A stretch of DNA of 64,000 bases from positions 4,216,001 through 4,280,000 of the forward strand of contig JAYWIR010000004.1 in the NCBI GenBank assembly GCA_036172245.1. The letters run 5' to 3'. The first letter of the stretch is position 1. Every line of letters starts with the position of its first letter. A program made the position numbers and the translations under genes. The notes under the pieces were generated by a model, which worked only from the letters and a program-made list of their open reading frames with translations, was not told the origin of the DNA and ran no database searches. This DNA is from Raillietiella orientalis. Lineage: Eukaryota. This document shows, piece by piece, positions 39,368-51,300 of this stretch.

Positions 39368-41296
39368 TTAATTGATAAGTTCTTCAACCACAGTAGAGTT
39401 TGTTTGACTATTGACATCTTCAGTGGAATGGCTGGTGGCGTTTCTTAGCAGGTCATAGTCCAGGAAATCATCAAAATTTCCGTTGGAATCGTTCATAAAC
39501 AGTCCTTGGAAGTTGTCGAGTTCGAAGTCACCGGAGGAGAGGTTCCTGTTCAAGAAGAGATCCTTTATTCTCTCTAAATTTCCGTGCTGAAGCGCAGACT
39601 TCAGTGACTGAGTGATCATGTTTTCCAAGGATTCCGGTTCCCTGAACCGATGACCAAAAATGCCGTTCCCACTGATCAGTGCCAGAGCAATGATGGCAAC
39701 CGAGCTCAGAATGACAACACGGATTGGAGCAGCCAGCAGCTTAGACAGCATGCGTGATACTCTTTTGCCTCCGTCCGTGGCTCTACTCGTCGATGGCTTT
39801 AAGAAGGAGTTCGAGTTTCCATCCGCGTTTAAGTTTCTCAAAAGCAGATCGGGCAAAAGAGACTTGCGACCGCTCATGATCATGTCCAAACCAAGCAGAC
39901 TTGTGATGCCGAGGCGTTCCAGAGGGCTGCTTACCAAATGGTCCAGGAGTTGGCTGATTTTTCCTAATGGAGAGCTTTGTAATCCTTCCTGCAATTTGCG
40001 AAACGGAAGCTGCGCTCTCGAGTTGCTTCTGCCGAGGAATCTGGAGAACAGCGCTCGGGCAACAAAAGTAAGCAGCTTAAGCAAAACCTTTCCCTTCCTG
40101 TTAGGAGCGGAAAAATGCTTCCTGAGCAAAGAAAACAGTAGTTTCAGACGGTGCAAAGCGACCAGAGGTATGATCGTCAGCAGTATGGGGAGTTTGAAGA
40201 TGAAATGAAGAACCACAAGTACGAATACAATCGGTAATCTTTTGAGTAGATGAAGCAGAAAGAAGACCACCGGACCCAGAAGTTTCAAAGAAACATATCC
40301 ATGGGGCCTTTGTTTTGGCATTCGCAAAAGTAACCGACGTATGAACTTTGGACCGCGCACTTGCGCATTCGTTTCTCTTGACTGGAGAAGCTTTCTCAGG
40401 ATTGCCTTCACACCGCTGAGAGGCTGTGCTGCTTGTGACTGTACGTGGCGCTTCTGCAGTCTCATCCCAAGCTGCTCTCCCGTCTCCAACCTTGTGTTGT
40501 CTTCTGTTCGGTCCCAGCTTTCGGATCGAACAAGCCTTCTGCTTCTTATCCCCTGACTGTGGTTCCCATCGCTCGGCATAACGTATTGGTCGAAATAGGC
40601 TTTCCGGGATGAGTCTGCAATTAAGGATCCATTCCTCAAAACGATCAAGTGGTCTTGATTCGAATTCCTCTGTGTATGCTCAGATATCACAAAATTCACA
40701 GGACTGGATTCTGGAGGATACCTGCTTGCATTGCTAGAACTCAGTCTGTAGCTCTTGGCCCTCTTGGTCTTCATGCTGAAGTAACGAGTGGTTTCCTCTT
40801 TCAAATGGTTAAGGATCCCTGAAATGCTGTTCTCGATCTGTGTTCTAATTTGGTTCAATATTGAGAGCCAGGAGTTATTAGTGGCTTTTTTTTGACTGGC
40901 TGTGCTCTCATCTTCATCGACAAGCGATCCAATAGGTGGATACGTGGGACGACTGTATGGCACAGTGAATTCATGCGTTGTGTTCATGCTGGATTCTTTT
41001 GGATCATCTGATTCATTTTTCACCGTTCGTTTCAGGAGACCGTCTGCTTGGTGCTCATCGAGGAAACTGAATGGAGCTGCTTCTTTGGAAATCAGAGAAC
41101 CCTTTATGGTGGAATTTGAAAAATCTACACCTTGAATTCTTTCTTTGGTAGTGAAGCCAGCTCTGGATTCGATGACAGCTTCGAGATCCCCAGAATGGTT
41201 TTCTGCAAACGGATGCTCTTGATCGTCAGAGCAGAAAGCAACCGGAAGCGACAGGAACACAAAAACAGAAACTGAAGTCACTTCTATCCACATCAT
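39368..41296 (-). CDS. Secreted or membrane orphan precursor, 642 aa, single coding exon: signal peptide, N-glycosylated pro-region, RSRR and RLQKR sites, basic domain with long hydrophobic segment, TM-like helix, acidic tail
   Basis: Longest ORF in the window; first in-frame ATG at 41296 gives MMWIEVTSVSVFVFLSLPVAFC; many N-x-S/T sequons; hydrophobic blocks at ~40120-40290 and ~39670-39745. Confidence 0.85.
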   Translation of the reverse strand: MMWIEVTSVSVFVFLSLPVAFCSDDQEHPFAENHSGDLEAVIESRAGFTTKERIQGVDFSNSTIKGSLISKEAAPFSFLDEHQADGLLKRTVKNESDDPKESSMNTTHEFTVPYSRPTYPPIGSLVDEDESTASQKKATNNSWLSILNQIRTQIENSISGILNHLKEETTRYFSMKTKRAKSYRLSSSNASRYPPESSPVNFVISEHTQRNSNQDHLIVLRNGSLIADSSRKAYFDQYVMPSDGNHSQGIRSRRLVRSESWDRTEDNTRLETGEQLGMRLQKRHVQSQAAQPLSGVKAILRKLLQSRETNAQVRGPKFIRRLLLRMPKQRPHGYVSLKLLGPVVFFLLHLLKRLPIVFVLVVLHFIFKLPILLTIIPLVALHRLKLLFSLLRKHFSAPNRKGKVLLKLLTFVARALFSRFLGRSNSRAQLPFRKLQEGLQSSPLGKISQLLDHLVSSPLERLGITSLLGLDMIMSGRKSLLPDLLLRNLNADGNSNSFLKPSTSRATDGGKRVSRMLSKLLAAPIRVVILSSVAIIALALISGNGIFGHRFREPESLENMITQSLKSALQHGNLERIKDLFLNRNLSSGDFELDNFQGLFMNDSNGNFDDFLDYDLLRNATSHSTEDVNSQTNSTVVEELIN

Positions 41297-43849
41297 TGTC
41301 AAACTCTTGAGAAGATTCACTGTTTTTGAAGGAGAAATACCCTTTCTTGGAAATAAGGGTGGGAATTTCCTATTGAGAGATCTTTTTATCACTTAGTAGG
41401 GTATGCACTCTTCCATAGAAGAAAACCATAATAGTTTCGTGATGTACAGAAAGTAGGAAATAATGATCAATCTTGATATGAGAACCTCCATTGATCTTTA
41501 CCGGTGGTCTGCACATGAGTTAATACTCGCATTCATGTTTCATTTCTGGAAGCTGCTCCTGAAACATTCACGACAGGGAACTTGTACTATATTGGCACAA
41601 AACAGTTAAAAGTGCTCTTCTACTGGGTTTCGGAAACAAAGATTGGTGAGTCTTGTTAAAAGTCTACGGTGCAAGTCGGCAGCTCTCTTTCAAATCATGA
41701 ACACTTGTTCTAATACTAGGGGACAAGTTCATCGGTTTCTAAAAGTGCTCCCTCCTGAAGCGGTGAAATTCAGAGCTGTCTTCAGAAACCTGAAAAAAAA
41801 AAATTCATTAAATCTAGCAAGCATTTCCCTCGATTACTGATTCAGCTTCATGATAGTGGGAGTGTGATTTTCGGTTCATTAGAATCGAAAGTCGTGACCG
41901 CTCCCTTGAGAGTTCAATCCACTCAATTTCACTTGAGCGATTGGAAAACAAATTGCTTTAATAAGAACATGTAAAAATAGCATATCATGTTTTTGAAAAC
42001 GGATTTTGTTGGCTTACTACAAACTGAACGATTATTTTATATAGATATATTACATATTAGAGTCAACTCATATGTAATTATCTCATTCGACAGTAGAACC
42101 TATCAGGTACTTTATTTCCGAGAAATGACCCATTCTCTAATCAAATGCAATGTTCCGTTCCTATTTGGATAGTTTTCAAATACCCCATTTCCAAAAAGTG
42201 GTCTATTAGGTTACTGACTATTCTTGTGAGCATTCTTTGAGATAGCGGAAAAGCGGAGCATGATCGGTTGTACAGCACACACTTTTGAACCTGCTCACTT
42301 GGTGTTGCTTGGCAACCAAAATTTCGAGAACTCTTGGTGGGAGAAAATTTTTACTCATCAATTCTTAATAGAAATCGCTGCTAATTTCGGAGAGTTAAAA
42401 ACGCAACCTGTTTACCATCAGTTGATGTCTTTCGGACCTCTTTGAGTGTTGCTGATGTTAACAGAATGAATGCGATTCCATCAAAGTTCGAGAAAATAGC
42501 TGCCGATCTTAAAAGATCTTCGAGTGATTTCTGGCGACATGTATTCGTCAATCCTAATGGATTTTCACACGATAATTTTGAATATCCAAATTTTCACCTT
42601 TCAGAATCAAGCGTAGTTGACTTTAAAGACCCTGAACTTTTCGGTTTCTAACACCTTCGTTTCGAGGTTGTGGAAGTTTTTCAAATGCTACCACAAATTG
42701 AAACAAACAAACAAACAAAAAAATCCTTTTTTCAATCTAAAATAAACTTCTTCCAAATTGATCCCAGCGAGTATGTGAAATTTATTTAAACAAACCAATC
42801 AGTTCCCCGATTTTCAATACGGAATTATGAAACCCGAATCACAGTACAATATTGACGATGTAATATGCAACACAACGTGAAGCTTCCGAGCTTCCAGGTT
42901 CCAGGAATCTTAGCTTCGGGATGCTTAAGTTGCTTATGTTCTAAATCTCTACAATCATACAATGAGACATGAACCTTCGAGTCCGGGTTCACTGGACCAA
43001 CCAGCCATATCTTATCTTACTTTTATTATAAATTCGATACTCTCACAATAGAATAAATAAGAACGAATGACAGTTGCTTTCTCGAGTGCAGAAGATAAAC
43101 GGGCATAGGATATGAAAGTCAGTATCAAAATCATATGGAGAGAGCACTTTATGAGAAAATGGATAGCGTTCTACTTTCTTAAGCGTAAAATCGAATTAGG
43201 GAATGAAATCCTGATGTAACTCACGTTCTTTCATTTCCTGGTTTCCTCAAGTACTTCTGCACGCTTCTGTTTTTGTTCTCAGCTATTCGCACCTCACCAT
43301 TTACTGGCAAATTATAGTGAGTACGTTCTGAGGTGAATCGGTGATAGCAGACACCGTGCCTGTCTACGGAAGTTATAGATTTCCGTAATTTACATGATGA
43401 CGCCACACCTGTTGGATCGCCCGTTTAGTAAGGGGTTATTTTAAATTGCACGGTCGCAGATTCTTTAACGCCAGCCACACTGCAGCCGAGTCAGTTAGAC
43501 TCGGTGTGCGGCACGAATGCCGTCCCACGATTATCTTGCGAATCGCCGTAATGTAATGTAAGTACGTCCAGCTTACTCATCCGCAAGAGTCGTAGATGGA
43601 TGCATTACGTGTGTGCGCACCTGCAGGGTGTACCCACACAAAGACATGCACACTTCTTTTTGAGCAGTCTGGAAGCGTCGATCCCGAGTCCACTCGTACT
43701 TTTCGAATTCGCTCCGAGACTTAAAGCGCTCCCACGAGGATCTAGGGAGTGGACCAACACTCGGCCATGAGAGGCAAATTGACACGCCACGTACAGTGAG
43801 TTATAATTTAGTTGCTTTTGCATCTCCCCGGTGGCTCAAGGTCCGCTAC

Positions 43850-44247
43850 CACAATCCGGAACCAATTCAGGGATAGAAATTTTTCATTTCCACGGCGGGA
43901 CCGTTCTTCTTTCTATTCGGAAACGATCTGCTAGCCGCTCATCATCGCTCTTTTTCCGATGCTCGGACTTTCGAACCCTGGATCCCGTTTCCTCTTCTGC
44001 CTAAGCAAAGAAGAATGGATAATGACGGCAAGCAAAGAAAGAAATTCGGACTGCCTTGGCCGGCTACGCTAGAAGGAAGCGGCATGCACGTCTGAAGGAG
44101 AAACCACCACCTCCTACTGCGGTCGGTCAGAGTGGACTGTGGGTTTGAAATCCTGAACGGGATCAACGCACAAGGCAGAATGTTCCGGGAGAATTCTGAG
44201 GGTTGTCGCTTTGGCTTCGTCGTTTCAGCGTGTGCGAACCGAAGCAT
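43850..44247 (-). mobile_element. Decayed LINE RT fragment (QG motif region)
   Basis: SSVAGQGSPNFFL...LL...NGIQG.KV then LADR and GSGL (cf. GVRQG.PLSP.LF, I.GI, YADD, SGL.IN). Confidence 0.4.
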
Positions 44248-44689
44248 TCCGAAAGTGGTCCGGCCGCCTCATAAACTTAAATGGACCATTCCTTAGAGCC
44301 ATAACTGTGACATACAAAGAGGTCTGTTGCAGTTTGGAAGAAAAATCGTGTTTTTTTTGTTTTTTTAAAAAACAGAGCTATTAATGCACCCAAGCGAAGA
44401 GTGACCATCCCTGCGCATGAAAGAGAGGAGCAATGATGCGCTTTAGTAGTTTGGATCAGGTTCCCTCACGATCAAGGTCTGATCTACTCATTAAAGGAAA
44501 GAACAGTTGCACTTTTCATTGGGTTCCAGGTCATCGGCTTGTTTCAGTGTGCTCCGACACTTCCTGCTCGATTCCGCTATTGCGCCTAATCTTCGAAAAA
44601 GAATTTGCAAAGAAACGGTTTTCCACGGACTTGCGAAGACGCTTTTCTTGCTGAGCCTGACGAAGAAGCGAACTCACCCTCCTAGACAG

Positions 44690-45050
44690 TTCGTTCACTC
44701 GATGTCACTCCCGTGGACTTCCCCATCCAGGACCGCCTGTGGTCTTGGGTTTTGGGTTCCAGGAGGCAGATTCCCCTCGTGGTTCGGGGAACCTGGCTCC
44801 AGGGATCGATCGAGCCATTCGGAAGTCGCTCCTGGGGAGCATCGGAAACTCCCCAAGAGCTTGCAATCGCGGTGACAGCACGCCAGGACGGGAAAGTCCA
44901 CGTCAGAGACGGCGAAACGCCGCTACCCCGTCGTCGTGGACCAGTCCGGGGCTAGAAGATCAAGGGATGGGGACGCGCGTCTCCCACCGCGGAACTCGCA
45001 CCGCAGCAAAGATGGGACGGAAGCTCGGACCAGAGGCGAGACGGACAAAA
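44690..45050 (+). mobile_element. Possible decayed LINE ORF1 fragment
   Basis: GC-rich island; PVDFPIQ...GTW...GSR...ETPQELAI...VHV has a Tx1 ORF1-like layout. Confidence 0.3.
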
Positions 45051-45149
45051 AAAAGCAGTCTGCAATCTTCTCCGACTTCCAAGATGGAGCATTGCCCCCC
45101 TCTCTTCCCCCTTCCTAGTGGATCGTAGCGGGGTGACGCCTTTTCTGCT

Positions 45150-45660
45150 CCTTCGCAACCGTGACGCAGGCCAGACGCCCGCGTACTGCCTCAGAGACAT
45201 CCTCATAGAATGATTCGCCGACTGGAGCACCCTCTGCCAGAAACCGCTCGTCGCTGTCCGTTCCCCGCCTTCCTCCCGGCCCCTCAAGTCCCAGAAACAG
45301 CGGTAAAAGAGGATTAGTGAGATGATAAGATAAAACTTGGGTGCTGGAGTTGCAATCAGAGTCAGGATTAGAAACACCACGAACCAGTCCACGTACTGGA
45401 GCATTTCCACGACTTCTGGAGGAAGTTCCCGCGCCGAGAGCAGCAAACCAAGAGAAGCGGGAATGCCGGGGAACACTATTGCTGCACCAGGAAAATTCGG
45501 TGGCTCCTTTGCATCCCAGAATCGAGTGCGAATGTCGCTCGTTCTGAAACAGCCAGCTCCCGGCTGGCCACCTGCGAAAACTCAGACTCATCTCTTGACT
45601 TTCAGGGACGTCGGACGAACGCGAGATGCAAATCGACACGAAAATCTCTGCCGTTTCTTC
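45150..45660 (-). mobile_element. Decayed L1/Tx1 ORF2 3' fragment
   Basis: ERHSHSILGC (eroded ET..H...C) then FYLIISLILFYRCFWDLR (cf. IW..R); resembles 62620-62962. Confidence 0.5.
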
Positions 45661-46379
45661 CCTCGTGTTATCCGAAACCACCGAAAGGAAAGAGGAAAGA
45701 GAGGAAAAGAAAGGAAAGGAATCCCTTAATGAATCCAATTTTCCAGCTACTTCGTCTCTGCAAGGAGGAGACCGACAGCTCTCTTCCTCGAACCCGACGA
45801 AGTTTTCTGCCAACCTCACACGCTTCTGAGTTGATTGGATGAAGAAGAGGTTCCGTCTCACAGCATCCTCCTTCTGCCTTTTCGGTAAAGCTGTCCAATG
45901 TCTCTCAACATTCGGATGGTGCGATTCAGTTCATTCTGCACCCATGGTACATTCCTTCGTTCGACGGTTCCCTCAGATGTTGAAATAATTGCATTTCCTC
46001 CGGGTGCTCGAGGGATGTCGTGCAGCTTGGTTTCACATCTCTGCATACTTTTGTGATCATTAGGCGGATCTTGTTTTCTTATTTCATCAAGGGAGTTTCA
46101 ACCTCCGAAGCAGGCGAAGCCTTTGGTTTTCTGTGAATTAATGGGTGGGTCCTGCATCTAAAAGTCTTCGAGTTTATTCTGCTCTACGATTCGCCGTTCC
46201 ACGGGGAATTCTCTAGTGTGCACGCCGACTGCGACCTAACTCACGAAAGAAGCGTTTCTTTTTTCTTTTGACCTCATGTTCTGGAATAGAGGATCGGAAT
46301 GGTTTCTGTCTTCAAAAACGAAGCCCAGATTGGGATTACCGGTTCCAGGAACGCAGTTGAAAGCCGTCTGCGTCTAGCA

Positions 46380-47040
46380 CGGGACTATGAGAATCCTCCA
46401 GCAAGAAGGCTAACAGGAAACCCAAGACGATTTTCAAGATAAGGTCTTTGCTACACGCACAACTAGCCTTGTTTGGAAATGCAACAGACACCGACGTATT
46501 GACTGAAGCCGACAGTGAGCCCAACTCACACGTGTGCACGCATGCATGCACGAACCCATTACGTGGGCAAGTTAACACGCGTTAGGTGCAGTTCCCTGGC
46601 CTTTTCATTTTGGCTCAAAACGGAAAGAACCAAAGGTTCTTCTGCGCAGATGCTACTGATCAGTATGAATTGACTGACGTCTTGGGAAGCTGCGAATGAC
46701 AGGGAAACTTCCATGAATTTCGAAAAGAAATTTTCATGAGCTGGAGAAATTCGAACCCTTTCTTTGGGGTTTGAGAAATCGTGAGGAAAGAATTTTCCAC
46801 CATTTCTGCCACTTCTTTGAGACGGGCCCTGTGGTGAGAAGTGGAAAAGACAGTAGACTAATTTCAAACATATGGAGGGAACTGCTTCCGGAAGCGGAGG
46901 AAACGGGCAAACCTAGTAATAGAAGTAATCGACAAATTAGTAGAATCAGAGCATTACTTCTAAAAGAAGAGTTCTGAATCGCTCGTATAGAGACCACCCG
47001 AAGGTTTTCATAGATCTGACGACACATCCTATCCATTTTC
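46380..47040 (+). mobile_element. Decayed LINE apurinic-like endonuclease domain
   Basis: QETQ (cf. QETH) and LISNIWRELLP...SNRQISRIRALLL (cf. L.D.WR..HP...SRIDY.L), in correct order. Confidence 0.5.
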
Positions 47041-47699
47041 ATCTCGAGAAAAAATATAGAGGTAAGTACCAACCTGATGATTACTTCAAGGTTTTCGGAT
47101 CCTTAATCCATTCTCCAGAGTTGGGCCTACTTGTGAAAGAGCGGATTCCTTCAGCGCGAAATCATGAAGCATTTACTGTCATTAATCTTAATAAAGAATG
47201 ATGAGATCCAATAATATAAGGGAAATGGGATCGTAATTTAAAATGTTCGATTATCCAGAACTGTTATAATAACGAAATGAAAAGATAGTTCGCAGTTTCA
47301 TTTCGTAACGTGGGTCCTTCACACTGAGTGCTCTGAAGAAATCTGCTAGAAGACGGGATGGACATTTAGCATCGTAAAACGCAGCATTTGCTCGTGCTCA
47401 CCGAATGCGTCACTTTTTTTATACGACCTTGAATGCTTCTCATTGAAATGGATGTTGGTGACCGATTAAATTAGATGAAGTATTTCAGCCTGTAACCTGG
47501 AAGCTCCGTGTGAGTTTTTATCAGTTCGCGACCCTCCTTTGAGCTGCGTCTCTTTCTTCGACGGACTGTACTTTGGCTACGTGCTCTTCCAGAAACTGGG
47601 AGCAGCTACCGGAAATTGAGAGTCTCAGCTACTTGTTGCACATTCAACAAACTCCGCAGACTTTCGTGCATCTCAGGTATGAAAGGATCTCGGGTATGC

Positions 47700-48300
47700 A
47701 CCAAACAAACTTAATTTTCGATGTGCCCCAAAGCATCTTGCTCTTTCAAATAGTGACTTTCAACAGAGCTCTACCCCGAGTGCGTAAATCTCCGCAGAGA
47801 ACCGAACGTCTGCCAGTTATCTTGTGCGAAATCTTTCCGTTGGAAAGTTCGGAAGCTGCAAACGCAGTTTTTCTCACGAACACTTTCTCATCAGGATATG
47901 AATCAAGTAACACTTTTGCTCTACATTTGAGCTTAAGCTCGATCGCCCAGACGCTCTGTCTGATGACTATGAGGAGACCAAATCGCAGATCCCCTGGGGT
48001 CCCTGACTTCTTATTCCTGATAAAACGACCTCCTCGGTCATATTTCTATAGTCCATATCCAATGCATTCAGAAAACTGACTTCAGATGCAGCGCATAAAG
48101 GGAACGATACCCGCTGCAACAGGTCCTCACATTTTCTTGCTTTCCACGTTGCTAGGGAATTTTTCTCTGCGAAGCCTGCTGTTCGACTAGGGAGCAAGCT
48201 TCGCGGCAAGGGCAGCACTTGACGCCAATATTTTCCATAATCTTTGAAAGTGTACCCGTTCTCCCCACTGGCTCGTTTTCACGATTAGACGACACCTTTT
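47700..48300 (-). mobile_element. Decayed LINE RT N-terminal fragment
   Basis: LNALDMDYRNM (cf. ISLLN.DYK), SGRSSLSSN (cf. GRSI.DN). Confidence 0.35.
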
Positions 48301-51300
48301 GTTGACTTCGAGATTCCAGTCGTCCTTTTCGCCTCACACTTTCGTGGGTTCGTGGCCTGCAACTATGGAGACTCATAATAGAACCCTTTTGCTGCAGGAT
48401 CATCTGCTCTGATGAAGAATTACGCTGCCCCGAAGAAAACCACCGTGAAGATTCCTGCAGAAATCCACCCTTACTCTTCTTCCCCAAGCCCTCCTCATCG
48501 ATAGGTTTCGAGAAGTATAGATAGCCTGTTTCTTGCAGCCGTGTGCTGAAATCTGTTTACAAGTCCCGACACATCTTCCTTGAAAAAATGAAGTGAAACC
48601 GAAACCAGAAAAAAAATTTCCGAAAAGCTGGAACGAAAGACAAGATTCCGTCATTTCAACCACCGCTTATCCTGTGATTCTTTAGCAACATTTACTTCAA
48701 AAACTTCTGCTTTGCCGAGTCGTAGCTTGTTGATTCCTTTTGCCAAATTCCAGCTCAGAAAGTGCCAGGATAGCAGTCTGCTTGAGTGGATGAAAATACT
48801 GGATTCCAGGTCTTTCCTGGGAGAAGCAGATGCTAGATGAATGCACGCATCTGAACGCCTTATTACGAGCCCTACGATTCGCGTTCGTTGTTGGACCTTC
48901 CAGCAGGGTTCCCCATTGTGTTTGAAAATAAATAAATGGGGTTTACCCGGTTCTGCGTAGATGCATTGCGGTACTCATCGTTTGTGACTGTTTGTGAATA
49001 TTTTGAGGTCAACAGTCAGGTCACACGTTCGAGTTTCTTATATTAAATGTATTAGATATTACAGTTGCATCGAGGAACTTCGATAAATCAAGAAAAATGA
49101 GTGTATTGAGTTTTAATAATGGATCCGTTTTGAAGTCAAAATTGCTAATAACAGCAAAATCTGGTCCTCTGGTTTACGTTCACAACTGTGGAAAGTTTTT
49201 TAATTACTTAATTAATTAGTGACGCTTTACTTTTTTTATTCATCATATCATTCAATCGAGGTATCATTGGGACCTCGATAGCAGTGAAGTAATGACGCGA
49301 AGAGCATTATGTGCTTTAACATTCTTAGGTGCTTAATTCCGCCAAGTGAGTTACTGAGGTCTCAAAACAAACCAAGCAAAAGACACCAGTGAGCTCAGAT
49401 TGGTGAATTTTCGTCGTTATCTTTGACTACCGAGCTTATAGAATTTAGGTTCAGGACTGCGTTCAATCAATCCTTACAGACTGATGACTGTTTAGAAGTT
49501 CACGGGGGGCTCTCATGGTCGATATTTGCTGCTTCGCATACTAACACAGGTGTTTCGTAAACATAAATCCACGCGAAAATGAGGTCATGAACACGAAATA
49601 AACTTTCGGAATATCTGTAGAATGCCTGTCAGTTTCAACTTTGAGACTCTCATCCTCAGTCATCTTTTACTCACACATGAGATTTTTGTTGGAATCGTAT
49701 TACATTTTCCAACTCATTATCCACGTCATATGCTTAGAAGGCGGAGCTCTGCTCTGCTCCTGGTTTCGTGCAAAATGTTTATTCCTTTCATGGAAAAGGA
49801 AAGGTTCGTGAAACTCAGAAAGCTAAGAGCAAAAAGACAGATTGTCTGTTAAAGCTTGTAGGACATTGCAAAGCATTTTCGCTCACTGTTCCCCTGCGAT
49901 TGATCATTCAACGAATTGCAAACTCGGAAACAGCCGGTATTTTTCTCAACAGAAAAACGAAATCAAGAAAAGAAAATTAATTGTACTATGATTCGACTAT
50001 GTAATTATGTAAGCATTACTTATCGGAGTAATTGTAATCAAAAAGTAAGGAACCGAGCTCTTCTTTTTTTGGGGAGAATGCACAGCATACCCTTATGCTT
50101 TATCTAGCATTGATCTGCAAAACTGTACCAGATCTTTCGTTTTTAGTTTTTTGCCCTTCATCCTTGTTTGAAAGTTATATATTTAATATAATGAAACAAA
50201 TCTTAATCAGATCTTGCACTGCTGCTCCAGAAACTTCGTTCCTCAATGCATTTGCTTGTAACGGATAGACAATTTGTCATGTCTGAATCGAAAGACGCTG
50301 CTGGTACTTTCTACCGCCACTTTGTCAGATGCTTTGCTTGCTGCTATTAGAAAATACTCGTCTCGCTTTTCTCGTATGATGGATGCGTTCTGTTTGCAGC
50401 CTCCACCGATTCTCACTGCACTTTACATAACTGCACATCTTTTGGAGGGCAGTGTTTCCGAAAAGGAAGCATTTATTCCTGTTGCCATGGAAATGTGCCC
50501 TTGCCGTGCATACTGAAAAGGACATTTTGGCGATCACAGAAAGAGGATCGAATAGTGAGTTCGTAGAGTTTGTTTTCGAAAGATTCCCTTTGTCTTCTGG
50601 CGAATGATATCAGTAGCGGAATTCTGAAATCACTTCTCGAGTAATGGATAACGACGGTCTTCCAAACCATAAATTTTGTTTGTTTGTTTGTTTGCTTGTT
50701 TTTCGGGAGGTGGTATCCTGCACAAATGGTTGAATCCAAATTCTGCGCCAAGGCACTGTTCAAAAAGAGTGGTGCAGCAGCTCAACCATCCCCTTCTTTT
50801 AAAACGGAACGCAGTCGCGGGCTGTTGCCGTCCACTGAAAGAAGTCAGTGACTGCTGCAGTGATTCAGTGAAAGTGGTCTCCCTCTCTCTTTCTGCTGCG
50901 GAGTAAAATGATGAGTACGGAATCAATTTGCTCCTCCTCCAAAGAATAAATAAAGCACCCCTTAAGACAAAGGAAAATTCGTTCGTTATGTAAACAGAAG
51001 AACCTGTTGATACAGTGAGTCAGCAGGAAACCAGAGTGGAATGAAAAGGCTAATCAAAGAACCAAGTCTGAAGACTTGAAAGGGATTTCAAGCGAAAAGC
51101 CGGAAGAGCTTTCCTTTTTTTCTTTCTCTCTAGAAGAAAATGATCCCATTTCGAGAATCCTCACAATGCTTGGAGGCTATGCATTGTATTGCATGAAGGT
51201 CGAATCGATTCAAAATAGTGATGCAAGTTTGAGTGCAGATGAATTTGATCTTCGAACGAGTGAATAGAAGGGGTTGTCTGTTTCTGATAATTATTACTCG

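Noticed and set aside
41297..41392. N-terminal extension of the tracked 674-aa ORF from GTG
   Set aside because: Eukaryotic context; the first ATG at 41296 gives a proper signal peptide
41850..41925. tRNA or SINE suggested by B-box-like gagttcaatcc
   Set aside because: No cloverleaf or convincing A box
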